This document shows positions 36,063 to 42,410 of a stretch of DNA of 42,410 bases, piece after piece. This stretch comes from a virus (Duplodnaviria > Caudoviricetes), in IMG/VR virus record IMGVR_UViG_3300025718_000226, positions 1 to 42,410 of that record, one strand, 5' to 3'. The first letter of the stretch is position 1, and each line of letters opens with the position of its first letter. Position numbers and translations under genes: made by a program. Below the pieces are notes generated by a model. The model made no database searches. It was not told the DNA's origin and worked only from the letters and a program-made list of their open reading frames with translations.

Positions 36063-36434
36063 TTATATAAAATCATCAAGATTGACATTAAAATCAACCT
36101 CTGATTTCTTGGGAGTAGTAACTGTCTTTTGAGTGGTTGCTGCCACTGGCACCGGAATAGTTACTGCTGATTCAATACCGAAATATTTCAGTACGATTGC
36201 AAACCCTTCTTCTGGGGTAAACATAGCACAATTGCCAACCTTTTTTGTCTCGGCCATTTTCCGCATTGCATCAAGGCTTTTGGATATTGTTTGATCCGTA
36301 GTCATAATCTTTTCAGCATCCTGCCGATTTTGTTCTAAATGTCCTAATAAGAAATTACCTACTACCTGGACGTAGGGATTATTTTTATTCCCCTCTATCT
36401 CAGCCTTTAATTTCAATACCGCTTCCTGATACAC
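36063..36434 (-). CDS. PcfK-like / AcrIIA9-family-like protein
   Basis: A.K..GNCA....E.F....YF and C-terminal LDDF, directly upstream of the PcfJ-like gene. Confidence 0.7.
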   Translation of the reverse strand: MYQEAVLKLKAEIEGNKNNPYVQVVGNFLLGHLEQNRQDAEKIMTTDQTISKSLDAMRKMAETKKVGNCAMFTPEEGFAIVLKYFGIESAVTIPVPVAATTQKTVTTPKKSEVDFNVNLDDFI

Positions 36435-36437
36435 GTG

Positions 36438-36638
36438 TCATCCCGCCCTTCCTACTCTTTTCACATTATAAAATTTATTGCAGGCTTTCTGATTTTCCAA
36501 AACTTGAACTGCGACCTTCCGATTCCCCTCATATTGCAGTTCATAACATACTTCTTTGCCCGCCCCACGATATGTCTCACGATCGATGTTCCGGCAATCT
36601 CCGCACCGTGCTTGTGGGATGCTACTTTTGCAAGCCAC
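36438..36638 (-). CDS. Small Cys-rich hypothetical protein
   Basis: RCGDC...C...AC..F; RBS AAGGAG. Confidence 0.6.
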   Translation of the reverse strand: MACKSSIPQARCGDCRNIDRETYRGAGKEVCYELQYEGNRKVAVQVLENQKACNKFYNVKRVGRAG

Positions 36639-36644
36639 TTATCA

Positions 36645-36833
36645 TTACTCCTTTCCCTTGGAATATTCTTTTGCATCAGCAAACGCCTGCAACAACTTAT
36701 CTACATTAATATCCTTTTTCCTAGACAATAAAGCTGATTCGACCAAACTAGCCACACGGCCAATAAAGAATGAATCTCCAGGTCCATTAATGCCTTTATA
36801 AATATCACTCGCTAACATTATTTTCTTATCCAC
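36645..36833 (-). CDS. Hypothetical protein
   Basis: 62-aa ORF in the operon. Confidence 0.5.
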   Translation of the reverse strand: MDKKIMLASDIYKGINGPGDSFFIGRVASLVESALLSRKKDINVDKLLQAFADAKEYSKGKE

Positions 36834-36889
36834 TTCATACTACCTACCCTATAATTTTTTATTTTTAGGATATAGTCCACATCCCCCAA

Positions 36890-36919
36890 TTGACCGTCCA
36901 GTACTGAACATGGTACAAT
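36890..36919 (+). promoter_or_regulatory. Antisense promoter
   Basis: TTGACC-18 nt-TACAAT with extended TG. Confidence 0.7.
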
Positions 36920-36924
36920 GATGA

Positions 36925-36982
36925 TAACAAAATTTCTCTAACCTATTAATCGCTTGCGCGCCAACGCAGGCGATTTTTCTTT
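36925..36982 (+). ncRNA. Putative OOP-like antisense sRNA
   Basis: Promoter, then hairpin AATCGCTTGCG-CGCCAA-CGCAGGCGATT and TTTCTTT, overlapping the 3' end of 36938..37492. Confidence 0.55.
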
Positions 36983-37492
36983 GCCCTGCATGTACTGTGT
37001 AACACCTAATCCATACTTGCTTTCCAATTCCATTACAAGATTAAACGTCGAATTGGTTCTATCAACAAGCCTTTCCATAACTTGATTAACCATTAATGAA
37101 TCTTCATCTGTTAAATCTTCCTTACAATTTTTGTCTAATAAAATAATCGGTAAATCATCGATTAGCAGCATAACTTCCTTATCTTGCTTTTTAAGTCTGA
37201 TAATCATTGACTGAATATGACGATCTACCTTCTGATATCCAAATAATCTAGGCATTCCCGTGCTTTCCATCGCAACTGTAACAGCGGTGAAAAAACTAAA
37301 TCCAGATAAAATCTTCCTTGCCTTCACTGGTATATTTCTACTACCTCTGAGAGCAGCGTGTATTGAATCAACAGAGTATCCAATATCAGCCGCAATTTGT
37401 TTTGGTGGCCTATCACAACAAGCAAATGCTAATTCAAGCATATCTTGAACATTTTGAATTACATCTGGTGTTGCCAGTGTCATAATATCCAA
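36938..37492 (-). CDS. Putative HTH regulatory protein (CII-like position)
   Basis: KQIAADIGYS..SI..AL.G.R HTH pattern; downstream of cro. Confidence 0.65.
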   Translation of the reverse strand: MDIMTLATPDVIQNVQDMLELAFACCDRPPKQIAADIGYSVDSIHAALRGSRNIPVKARKILSGFSFFTAVTVAMESTGMPRLFGYQKVDRHIQSMIIRLKKQDKEVMLLIDDLPIILLDKNCKEDLTDEDSLMVNQVMERLVDRTNSTFNLVMELESKYGLGVTQYMQGKEKSPALARKRLIG

Positions 37493-37545
37493 ACTAATCC
37501 CTCCTTCTATGTCGTAACATCACTAAACTATCTGACAAAGAATCT

Positions 37546-37614
37546 TGCTATAATTAACCCACGAGGATAATTACCTCACCCCACTTGCCTGTCCACTGGA
37601 TGGGCCTTCTTTTT
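37546..37614 (+). ncRNA. Putative small antisense RNA with extended -10 promoter
   Basis: TGcTATAAT at 37546-37554, a GAGG/CCTC stem, then a GCCTGTCC/GGATGGGC hairpin and T-tract. Confidence 0.45.
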
Positions 37615-37773
37615 AATCCATTGCCAGCCACACAAGAATGAAAAAACAGATCGTCATCATAAAAACATTCTCTAATTTTTCTTTGAGTCTCGCGTTTGGG
37701 GCTAATCTAATGAATCTGATATTATCTATTTGTATTTAATCACCACCTTGTCCACTTTTAATGCGAGCCAGAA

Positions 37774-37926
37774 TTAACTGGCCTTATCTGCCTTGTCTGC
37801 CTTTTCCAACCGATCAGAAGCTTCACCTGATTTAGCCATTGATACAATTACCTGGGCTACAATTTTTGCAAGGTTCTCCCTCGCCTGCTCGGTGACAAGC
37901 AAAGGTTTCATGTTTGGATCTAACAT
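37774..37926 (-). CDS. Small hypothetical protein, 50 aa
   Basis: ATG after GGGGGTGG; MLDPNMKPLLVTEQARENLAKIVA... Confidence 0.55.
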   Translation of the reverse strand: MLDPNMKPLLVTEQARENLAKIVAQVIVSMAKSGEASDRLEKADKADKAS

Positions 37927-37953
37927 TCTCACCACCCCCGTACAGAATATGCA

Positions 37954-38040
37954 TTACCGTTTGTCCAGTATTACCATGGACAAGAGCATTACGATTACTA
38001 CAGTGATACCGACCGCTTGTATTATTGAGTTATATTCCAA
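37954..38040 (-). CDS. Small membrane peptide, 28 aa
   Basis: TTG after GAGGTG; MEYNSIIQAVGITVVIVMLLSMVILDKR. Confidence 0.45.
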   Translation of the reverse strand: MEYNSIIQAVGITVVIVMLLSMVILDKR

Positions 38041-38131
38041 ATAACCACCTCACTGAGTTCTTTTACAATTTAATACAGGTAATTAATACCTTTTGTCGAA
38101 TTATCACCTCAAAAGGGAGGTGATAATATTT

Positions 38132-38353
38132 ATGAGCGTAAACTTACTGGAATTCATTAAAACGTTACCGATAAAGACTCACAAAATTTATGGAGTTGTA
38201 GTTGGTATCGACACCATTTATCACGGATTGGGGCTACGGAATGAAATTAACAGCAAAGACGTGTTAGAAATGCAGTTAATTGAACTTGAAAAATCAAGTT
38301 GTTTAAAAATTTACCGTGATTTAAACGGCGTAATTGATGCCGTATCAATCTAA
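38132..38353 (+). CDS. Hypothetical protein, counter-oriented moron
   Basis: ATG after GGGAGGTG; 73 aa. Confidence 0.7.
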   Translation: MSVNLLEFIKTLPIKTHKIYGVVVGIDTIYHGLGLRNEINSKDVLEMQLIELEKSSCLKIYRDLNGVIDAVSI

Positions 38354-38375
38354 ATACGGTCGTTTTCGTTAAGAT

Positions 38376-38669
38376 TTATTTCGCTTTCTCGTGCATAGCA
38401 TAGGCGCTTGTAAGCCATAAAATTTCATGAAAATCCTGCATATCAAGTCTTTCATCACAAAGTTCTAGACGACTAATGTTGTATTTCTCTCTAATGAAGA
38501 AAACAATATCGTCAAAAAATTTCATTTTTTTATACGTGGTGTCAAAATCTTGGTCAACAAAAAACTTATCTAAAACTTCATGCGCAACATTAAATATCTT
38601 GATTTCACGTTCTGAAAACTTCTTGCCGTCACTATTACCAGTAGTGGCGGTTTTGTCTCCAACTAACAT
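38376..38669 (-). CDS. Hypothetical protein
   Basis: RBS AAGGAGGTG; 97 aa. Confidence 0.7.
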   Translation of the reverse strand: MLVGDKTATTGNSDGKKFSEREIKIFNVAHEVLDKFFVDQDFDTTYKKMKFFDDIVFFIREKYNISRLELCDERLDMQDFHEILWLTSAYAMHEKAK

Positions 38670-38685
38670 TTTCTATCTCACCTCC

Positions 38686-38922
38686 TTAACTAGCTTGGGA
38701 CTTTGGGGAATTTTCTTCAGTTTCCACACCGTGAACTGCAGGGCATAATGAATCATCAAGTTTTACCCCAAAAACATCTCGGAGTTTCACGGCTACATTC
38801 CTGGATATTGGACGACCACTATTTCTTATCATACTGTAATAACTTTTTGACATTCCAAGCATTTTCGCCATTTTTACGGGTTTCAAACTATGCTTAGCTT
38901 CTAATTTAATTAAAAGACTCAA
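38686..38922 (-). CDS. Cro-like XRE HTH regulator
   Basis: MAKMLGMSKSYYS.I..G.R; divergent from the repressor. Confidence 0.88.
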   Translation of the reverse strand: MSLLIKLEAKHSLKPVKMAKMLGMSKSYYSMIRNSGRPISRNVAVKLRDVFGVKLDDSLCPAVHGVETEENSPKSQAS

Positions 38923-39055
38923 TCAACTCACCTCCTCACTAAGTTCACGCTCCGTTAACCGTAGTATAGTTTATTATTTGTGAACTGTCAATATGTTTCA
39001 ATAAAAAAGTTTCTGTTTTGTGAACTATTATTTATTCGGTTCACTGTTTGTGATA
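38720..39055. repeat. Five 17-bp operator palindromes GTTYMY-N5-GTGAAC
   Basis: Copies at 38720-38736, 38943-38959, 38969-38985, 39009-39025 and 39039-39055. Confidence 0.75.
38963..38991 (-). promoter_or_regulatory. Lytic (cro) promoter
   Basis: Minus strand TTGACA-17 nt-TATACT; the spacer is exactly one operator. Confidence 0.85.
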
Positions 39056-39081
39056 TCGTAAAGTTAGTAGGAGGCGATGCA

Positions 39082-39432
39082 ATGAATAATCGCAATATCA
39101 ATGAAGTATTCGGTAAACGTTTAAAAGAATTACGTGAAAATAAAGGACTATACCAAGAAGATATAGGGGAATGGTTTAAAATGGGAAAATCTACAGTTTC
39201 ACAATGGGAAAGTGGTCGATTACCTCACGCTACTATAATTGTAGAGTTAGCAGAAAAATTCAACGTTACAACGGATGATTTACTAGGTGTATCAAGAAAT
39301 TCTAAAAACACTGAAACTATTGCGGCTCACCGGACTGGCAATAATATGGATGACCTACCTCCAGAAGCAATCGAGCGCGTTGAAGAATTTATAGAATTAA
39401 TGAAAATCAAACACGGCAAGAAAAGTAATTAA
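39082..39432 (+). CDS. ImmR/CI-like XRE repressor
   Basis: RLKELRE..GL.QE..G...STVSQWESG..LA.F.VT.D.LLG and TIAAH. ATG at 39082 after AGGAGG. Confidence 0.92.
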   Translation: MNNRNINEVFGKRLKELRENKGLYQEDIGEWFKMGKSTVSQWESGRLPHATIIVELAEKFNVTTDDLLGVSRNSKNTETIAAHRTGNNMDDLPPEAIERVEEFIELMKIKHGKKSN

Positions 39433-39451
39433 TATATAGAAGGTGATATTA

Positions 39452-39910
39452 ATGCCCGATTATATGTTGCAACTTGCGGAAGACGAAGAAATCGAAGTTG
39501 AATTATTTGACTTTAACCCGCCAGTACGAGGTATCTATTACGTGGGGGAGAATACTCCGCCTATTATTGGACTAGATAGTTCTTTAATCCACGATTCCCC
39601 TTTATTGAGGTGTGTTCTAGCCGAAGAATTAGGCCACCACTTTACAACTGCAGGTTGCTTTATGCCACGACAATTTTTCAATCACAGTGACCGCTTACAT
39701 ATCAGCAAGATTGAATTCAAGGCTATGCGCTGGGCAGTAAATTATCTTATGCCTGAAGATGACTTATTAGATGCAATCGGCAGTGGCCTATATGAGCCAT
39801 GGGAACTGGCAGAACACTTTAATGTCGTTGAAGAGTTCGCTAAGTTTAGATTGCGTCTGTTTGGCGCAAAGGAAATAAAAAGCACAGCCTCATTTCATTT
39901 TAGTAAATGA
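39452..39910 (+). CDS. ImmA/IrrE family metallopeptidase (anti-repressor)
   Basis: LAEELGHH.T, E.KA.RWA and ELAE.F.V motifs. Confidence 0.92.
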   Translation: MPDYMLQLAEDEEIEVELFDFNPPVRGIYYVGENTPPIIGLDSSLIHDSPLLRCVLAEELGHHFTTAGCFMPRQFFNHSDRLHISKIEFKAMRWAVNYLMPEDDLLDAIGSGLYEPWELAEHFNVVEEFAKFRLRLFGAKEIKSTASFHFSK

Positions 39911-39977
39911 ATAAGCTGTGATTATTTTGTATATTTTTGTCGAACACAAGTTCTTTTCTACTGGAGGATTATTTAAA

Positions 39978-40433
39978 ATGAAGATAAGCGATCAGATTAA
40001 ACAACTTTATAAAGACGCTAAATATTTTATTTTATTTTTAGGTGCTCTTATGATATTTATATTTGCTATTACAATCATTCCCGCTATGTATCATCACATA
40101 ATTGAACCAGATTTTATAGTAGCATTAGATGCTCATGGACTCGCTTTTAAAAAGTATGGATGGTTTAATTCTGAATTTTATCCTCTTAAACCTGCCAATG
40201 GAAAATGGGCTTGGCAGTCACGTGACGGAGTATGGAATCAAGTAACGGTTCCATATGATCATTATGATAAAATTAATCCTACTGCTGAATACATAGTATT
40301 AACAAATCGTGAAGGTGCATATTTAAAAACTGGAAATACGCATTATCCTATGAAATTTGTAAAGGGCGCGAATTGGTATTACAACCAAGAGGGTCAGTGG
40401 TTGTCTTTGGAGGACAGGTACAATTCAGACTAA
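39978..40433 (+). CDS. Membrane-anchored hypothetical protein (possible superinfection exclusion)
   Basis: N-terminal TM helix, Trp/Tyr-rich extracytoplasmic domain, located in the lysogeny module. Confidence 0.7.
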   Translation: MKISDQIKQLYKDAKYFILFLGALMIFIFAITIIPAMYHHIIEPDFIVALDAHGLAFKKYGWFNSEFYPLKPANGKWAWQSRDGVWNQVTVPYDHYDKINPTAEYIVLTNREGAYLKTGNTHYPMKFVKGANWYYNQEGQWLSLEDRYNSD

Positions 40434-40447
40434 TAGGAGTATTACTT

Positions 40448-40780
40448 ATGGTTATGGGGAACGATGTTGCGCAAAAAGCGGATGAATTAACTAAATTGGC
40501 GTGTACAGCTGTAAATAATGATTTATTATGGACTTTTTTTGGATATAAGCGTAGACCTAGGAAAGGCTATTTTTCCTCTTTCTTTAAAGTCAAGAGCGAA
40601 CTCAATAGAATAGATTTCTTATCTAGGGAGTTTTTTATATATTTACTTGCTATTGAATTAAAAGAATATCCCGTGGAAACAAAACAGGCAATAATTGAAC
40701 ATATTTTCGTGGATTACTTTTTGAAGCCATTGAAATATGATTTATCTAATGCTTTTGGATTCCAAAATAAAACAGACTGA
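40448..40780 (+). CDS. Hypothetical protein
   Basis: ATG after AGGAG; 110 aa. Confidence 0.65.
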   Translation: MVMGNDVAQKADELTKLACTAVNNDLLWTFFGYKRRPRKGYFSSFFKVKSELNRIDFLSREFFIYLLAIELKEYPVETKQAIIEHIFVDYFLKPLKYDLSNAFGFQNKTD

Positions 40781-40835
40781 CTTTGATAAAGAAGTGCAGA
40801 AAATAACATCAAAAAGTCGAAAAAATAATTATACT

Positions 40836-40869
40836 GCGACCATTTTGCGTACGTGCGCAAAATGGTCGC
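40836..40869. repeat. Near-perfect 34-bp palindrome before the integrase RBS
   Basis: GCGACCATTTTGCG-TACGTG-CGCAAAATGGTCGC. Confidence 0.85.
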
Positions 40870-40883
40870 TACTGGAGGCTCCC

Positions 40884-42410
40884 ATGAATGCTATCTATGT
40901 CCGTGTATCAACCGAAGAGCAAGCAAAAAAAGGGTATTCTCTTGGCGACCAGTTGCAATCATGCCAGATGCATCTTTTAAAACAAGGGCATACTGATTTC
41001 ATAGAATACATAGATGATGGATATTCAGGAGAGTTTTCAGATCGCCCTGCCTTCTTGACTCTCAGGGATGACATTAGAGCGGGACGTATTAATATCGTGG
41101 TCGTTTATGATCCTGATCGGCTAGCTAGAAAATTAGCAGTACAATTACTTTTTAATGAGGAAATTGAAAAGGCGAATGTACAATTGCAATTTGTTACAGG
41201 TGACTATGACGCATCACCAGAAGGTCGCTTATTTTTCAGTATGCGTGGTGCAATCGCCGAATTTGAGAAAGAAAAGATCAAGGATAGAACTATGAGGGGT
41301 AAACGAAAAAAAGCGAGCCAAGGCATGATTCTGCAAGATTTCGGGCTATATGGCTACGATTATGACCCTGCCACGAGCAATTACTTTATCAACGAAGAGC
41401 AGGCAAAGGTAATCAGGGAAATTTTCCGTTTAGTAATTGACGGTAAAATGAGTATAGAAGGTGTCCAAAAAGAATTACAGAAACGAATTATTTACAGCCC
41501 TAAGGGGAGAAAAACTTGGCCAGCATCTAGTATCTTTAATGTCCTAAAAAATAAAACCTACACAGGGACCTTTCAGAGTATGCGCATAAAGGAAAAGAAA
41601 GATGGTATTCGATCAAAGCAAAGATCTATACGTCCTGAAAATGAGTGGATACCAGTTTCAGTACCCGTTATCATCGATGAATTAACCTGGCAGGCAGCAC
41701 AAAGGCAGCTAAAGCAAAATAAAGCCACTCCTAGGAAAACCATGAACCACGCTTACTTGGTTGGCGGTATTATTTTTTGTGGCGTATGTGGTCGAAGAAT
41801 GTTAATGCATCACAATATGTTTGCAAGCGGAATAACTAAGCCTTACTATCAATGTTCTGCACACCGATATGCGAATTTGCGTAGTGCCGGAGTGACTTGT
41901 GCTAGTAGATCATTACCCGCAGATTTATTCGACCAGGACGTTTGGGATCAGCTTATCGAAGGGATCTATGATCACGATAAAATGAAAGAGCATTTACCAC
42001 AACAAGCAGAGCCTGTGACTGATCACAGCGAAGAACTTAAACGAGTAGTAGAAGTTGAATCTGACTTGATCAAAAGGCGGCAGACTCTTATAAAGTGGTC
42101 TGGCCAGAAAAAGATTACCGAAAGTGAAGCAGATGAAGAACTAGACCAAATTAAAATACAACTACTGGACATTGATAAAAGAAAACAATCATTACAAGCG
42201 CCTCTGCCTGTTTCGGCAGTAAACCAAATAACGTTGGAAGAATTAGCAGATCAACTACGACCACTTATTAAGCAGGGCGATATATCTCCAGAGCATAAGA
42301 AACTAATTATACAATCCGTGATAGCAAAAATAACGGCCGTTCGCACTGATAAACGGCCTGTTAGTAAAAATTTAAAGCCTATATTCGAGTTTATATGGGA
42401 ATTAGCATGA
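40884..42410 (+). CDS. Large serine recombinase (integrase)
   Basis: YVRVST.EQ, D.GYSG..RP, DRLAR, recombinase domain and CGVCG..Y.C..C zinc ribbon. ATG at 40884 after GGAGG. Confidence 0.97.
   Translation: MNAIYVRVSTEEQAKKGYSLGDQLQSCQMHLLKQGHTDFIEYIDDGYSGEFSDRPAFLTLRDDIRAGRINIVVVYDPDRLARKLAVQLLFNEEIEKANVQLQFVTGDYDASPEGRLFFSMRGAIAEFEKEKIKDRTMRGKRKKASQGMILQDFGLYGYDYDPATSNYFINEEQAKVIREIFRLVIDGKMSIEGVQKELQKRIIYSPKGRKTWPASSIFNVLKNKTYTGTFQSMRIKEKKDGIRSKQRSIRPENEWIPVSVPVIIDELTWQAAQRQLKQNKATPRKTMNHAYLVGGIIFCGVCGRRMLMHHNMFASGITKPYYQCSAHRYANLRSAGVTCASRSLPADLFDQDVWDQLIEGIYDHDKMKEHLPQQAEPVTDHSEELKRVVEVESDLIKRRQTLIKWSGQKKITESEADEELDQIKIQLLDIDKRKQSLQAPLPVSAVNQITLEELADQLRPLIKQGDISPEHKKLIIQSVIAKITAVRTDKRPVSKNLKPIFEFIWELA

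Larger units (their letters stand above)
1..42410. mobile_element. Temperate prophage (lambda-like cos/head module, P2/Mu-like contractile tail, serine integrase)
   Basis: Complete ordered modules for integration, immunity, replication, packaging, head, tail and lysis. Boundaries and att sites lie outside the window. Confidence 0.97.

Noticed and set aside
2686-36801. Numerous + strand ORFs opposite structural and early genes (e.g. 19333..19974, 10143..10559, 25413..25877, 32085..32480)
   Set aside because: Antisense shadows of well-supported genes, without RBS or recognisable motifs.
39919-39945. Third SigH-like promoter (TTTTGTCGAAC)
   Set aside because: The -10-like element is present but there is no AGGA-like -35 at the proper spacing.
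40737-40883. Integrase N-terminal extension
   Set aside because: The family N-terminus (AIYVRVST) begins right after ATG 40884, which has GGAGG. The extension covers the palindrome.
1-42410. CRISPR array, tRNA, rRNA, IS elements and att sites
   Set aside because: No regularly spaced repeats, cloverleaf or transposase seen by eye. The window ends at gene stops, so attL/attR are not included.

Overview
The window is a nearly complete temperate prophage of about 42 kb, trimmed from the stop codon of the leftmost accessory gene to the stop codon of the integrase, so the att sites are not visible. The host is a Bacillota member, probably a diderm Negativicute (Sporomusaceae/Selenomonadales-like); this is inferred from the style of the SSB, the catalytic-only amidase and a Firmicutes-type LexA box. 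From right to left the modules are: (1) large serine integrase, two accessory genes and an ImmA/ImmR-Cro switch with five 17-bp operators; (2) an early operon with a CII-like regulator, PcfK/AcrIIA9-like, PcfJ-like and DUF3102 genes, an HUH rolling-circle Rep, SSB, ParA/ParB with a parS-like palindrome and a late activator; (3) HNH nuclease, an oppositely oriented small serine resolvase with a three-subsite res site, a DNA methyltransferase and a lambda-like cos site; (4) lambda-type head genes; (5) a P2/Mu-type contractile tail with a -1 frameshift chaperone and a GpD hub gene split in two; (6) an extended lysis cassette; (7) terminal morons, namely a stand-alone NrdD glycyl-radical domain, an O-acetyltransferase, a 29-aa membrane peptide and a LexA-controlled gene. 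The most notable signals are three antisense promoter-terminator sRNA units in the early operon, a full plasmid-maintenance kit alongside the integrase, the candidate 'spare-part' glycyl-radical protein for class III RNR, and the split acidic baseplate hub. All family assignments come from motif recognition, not database searches.
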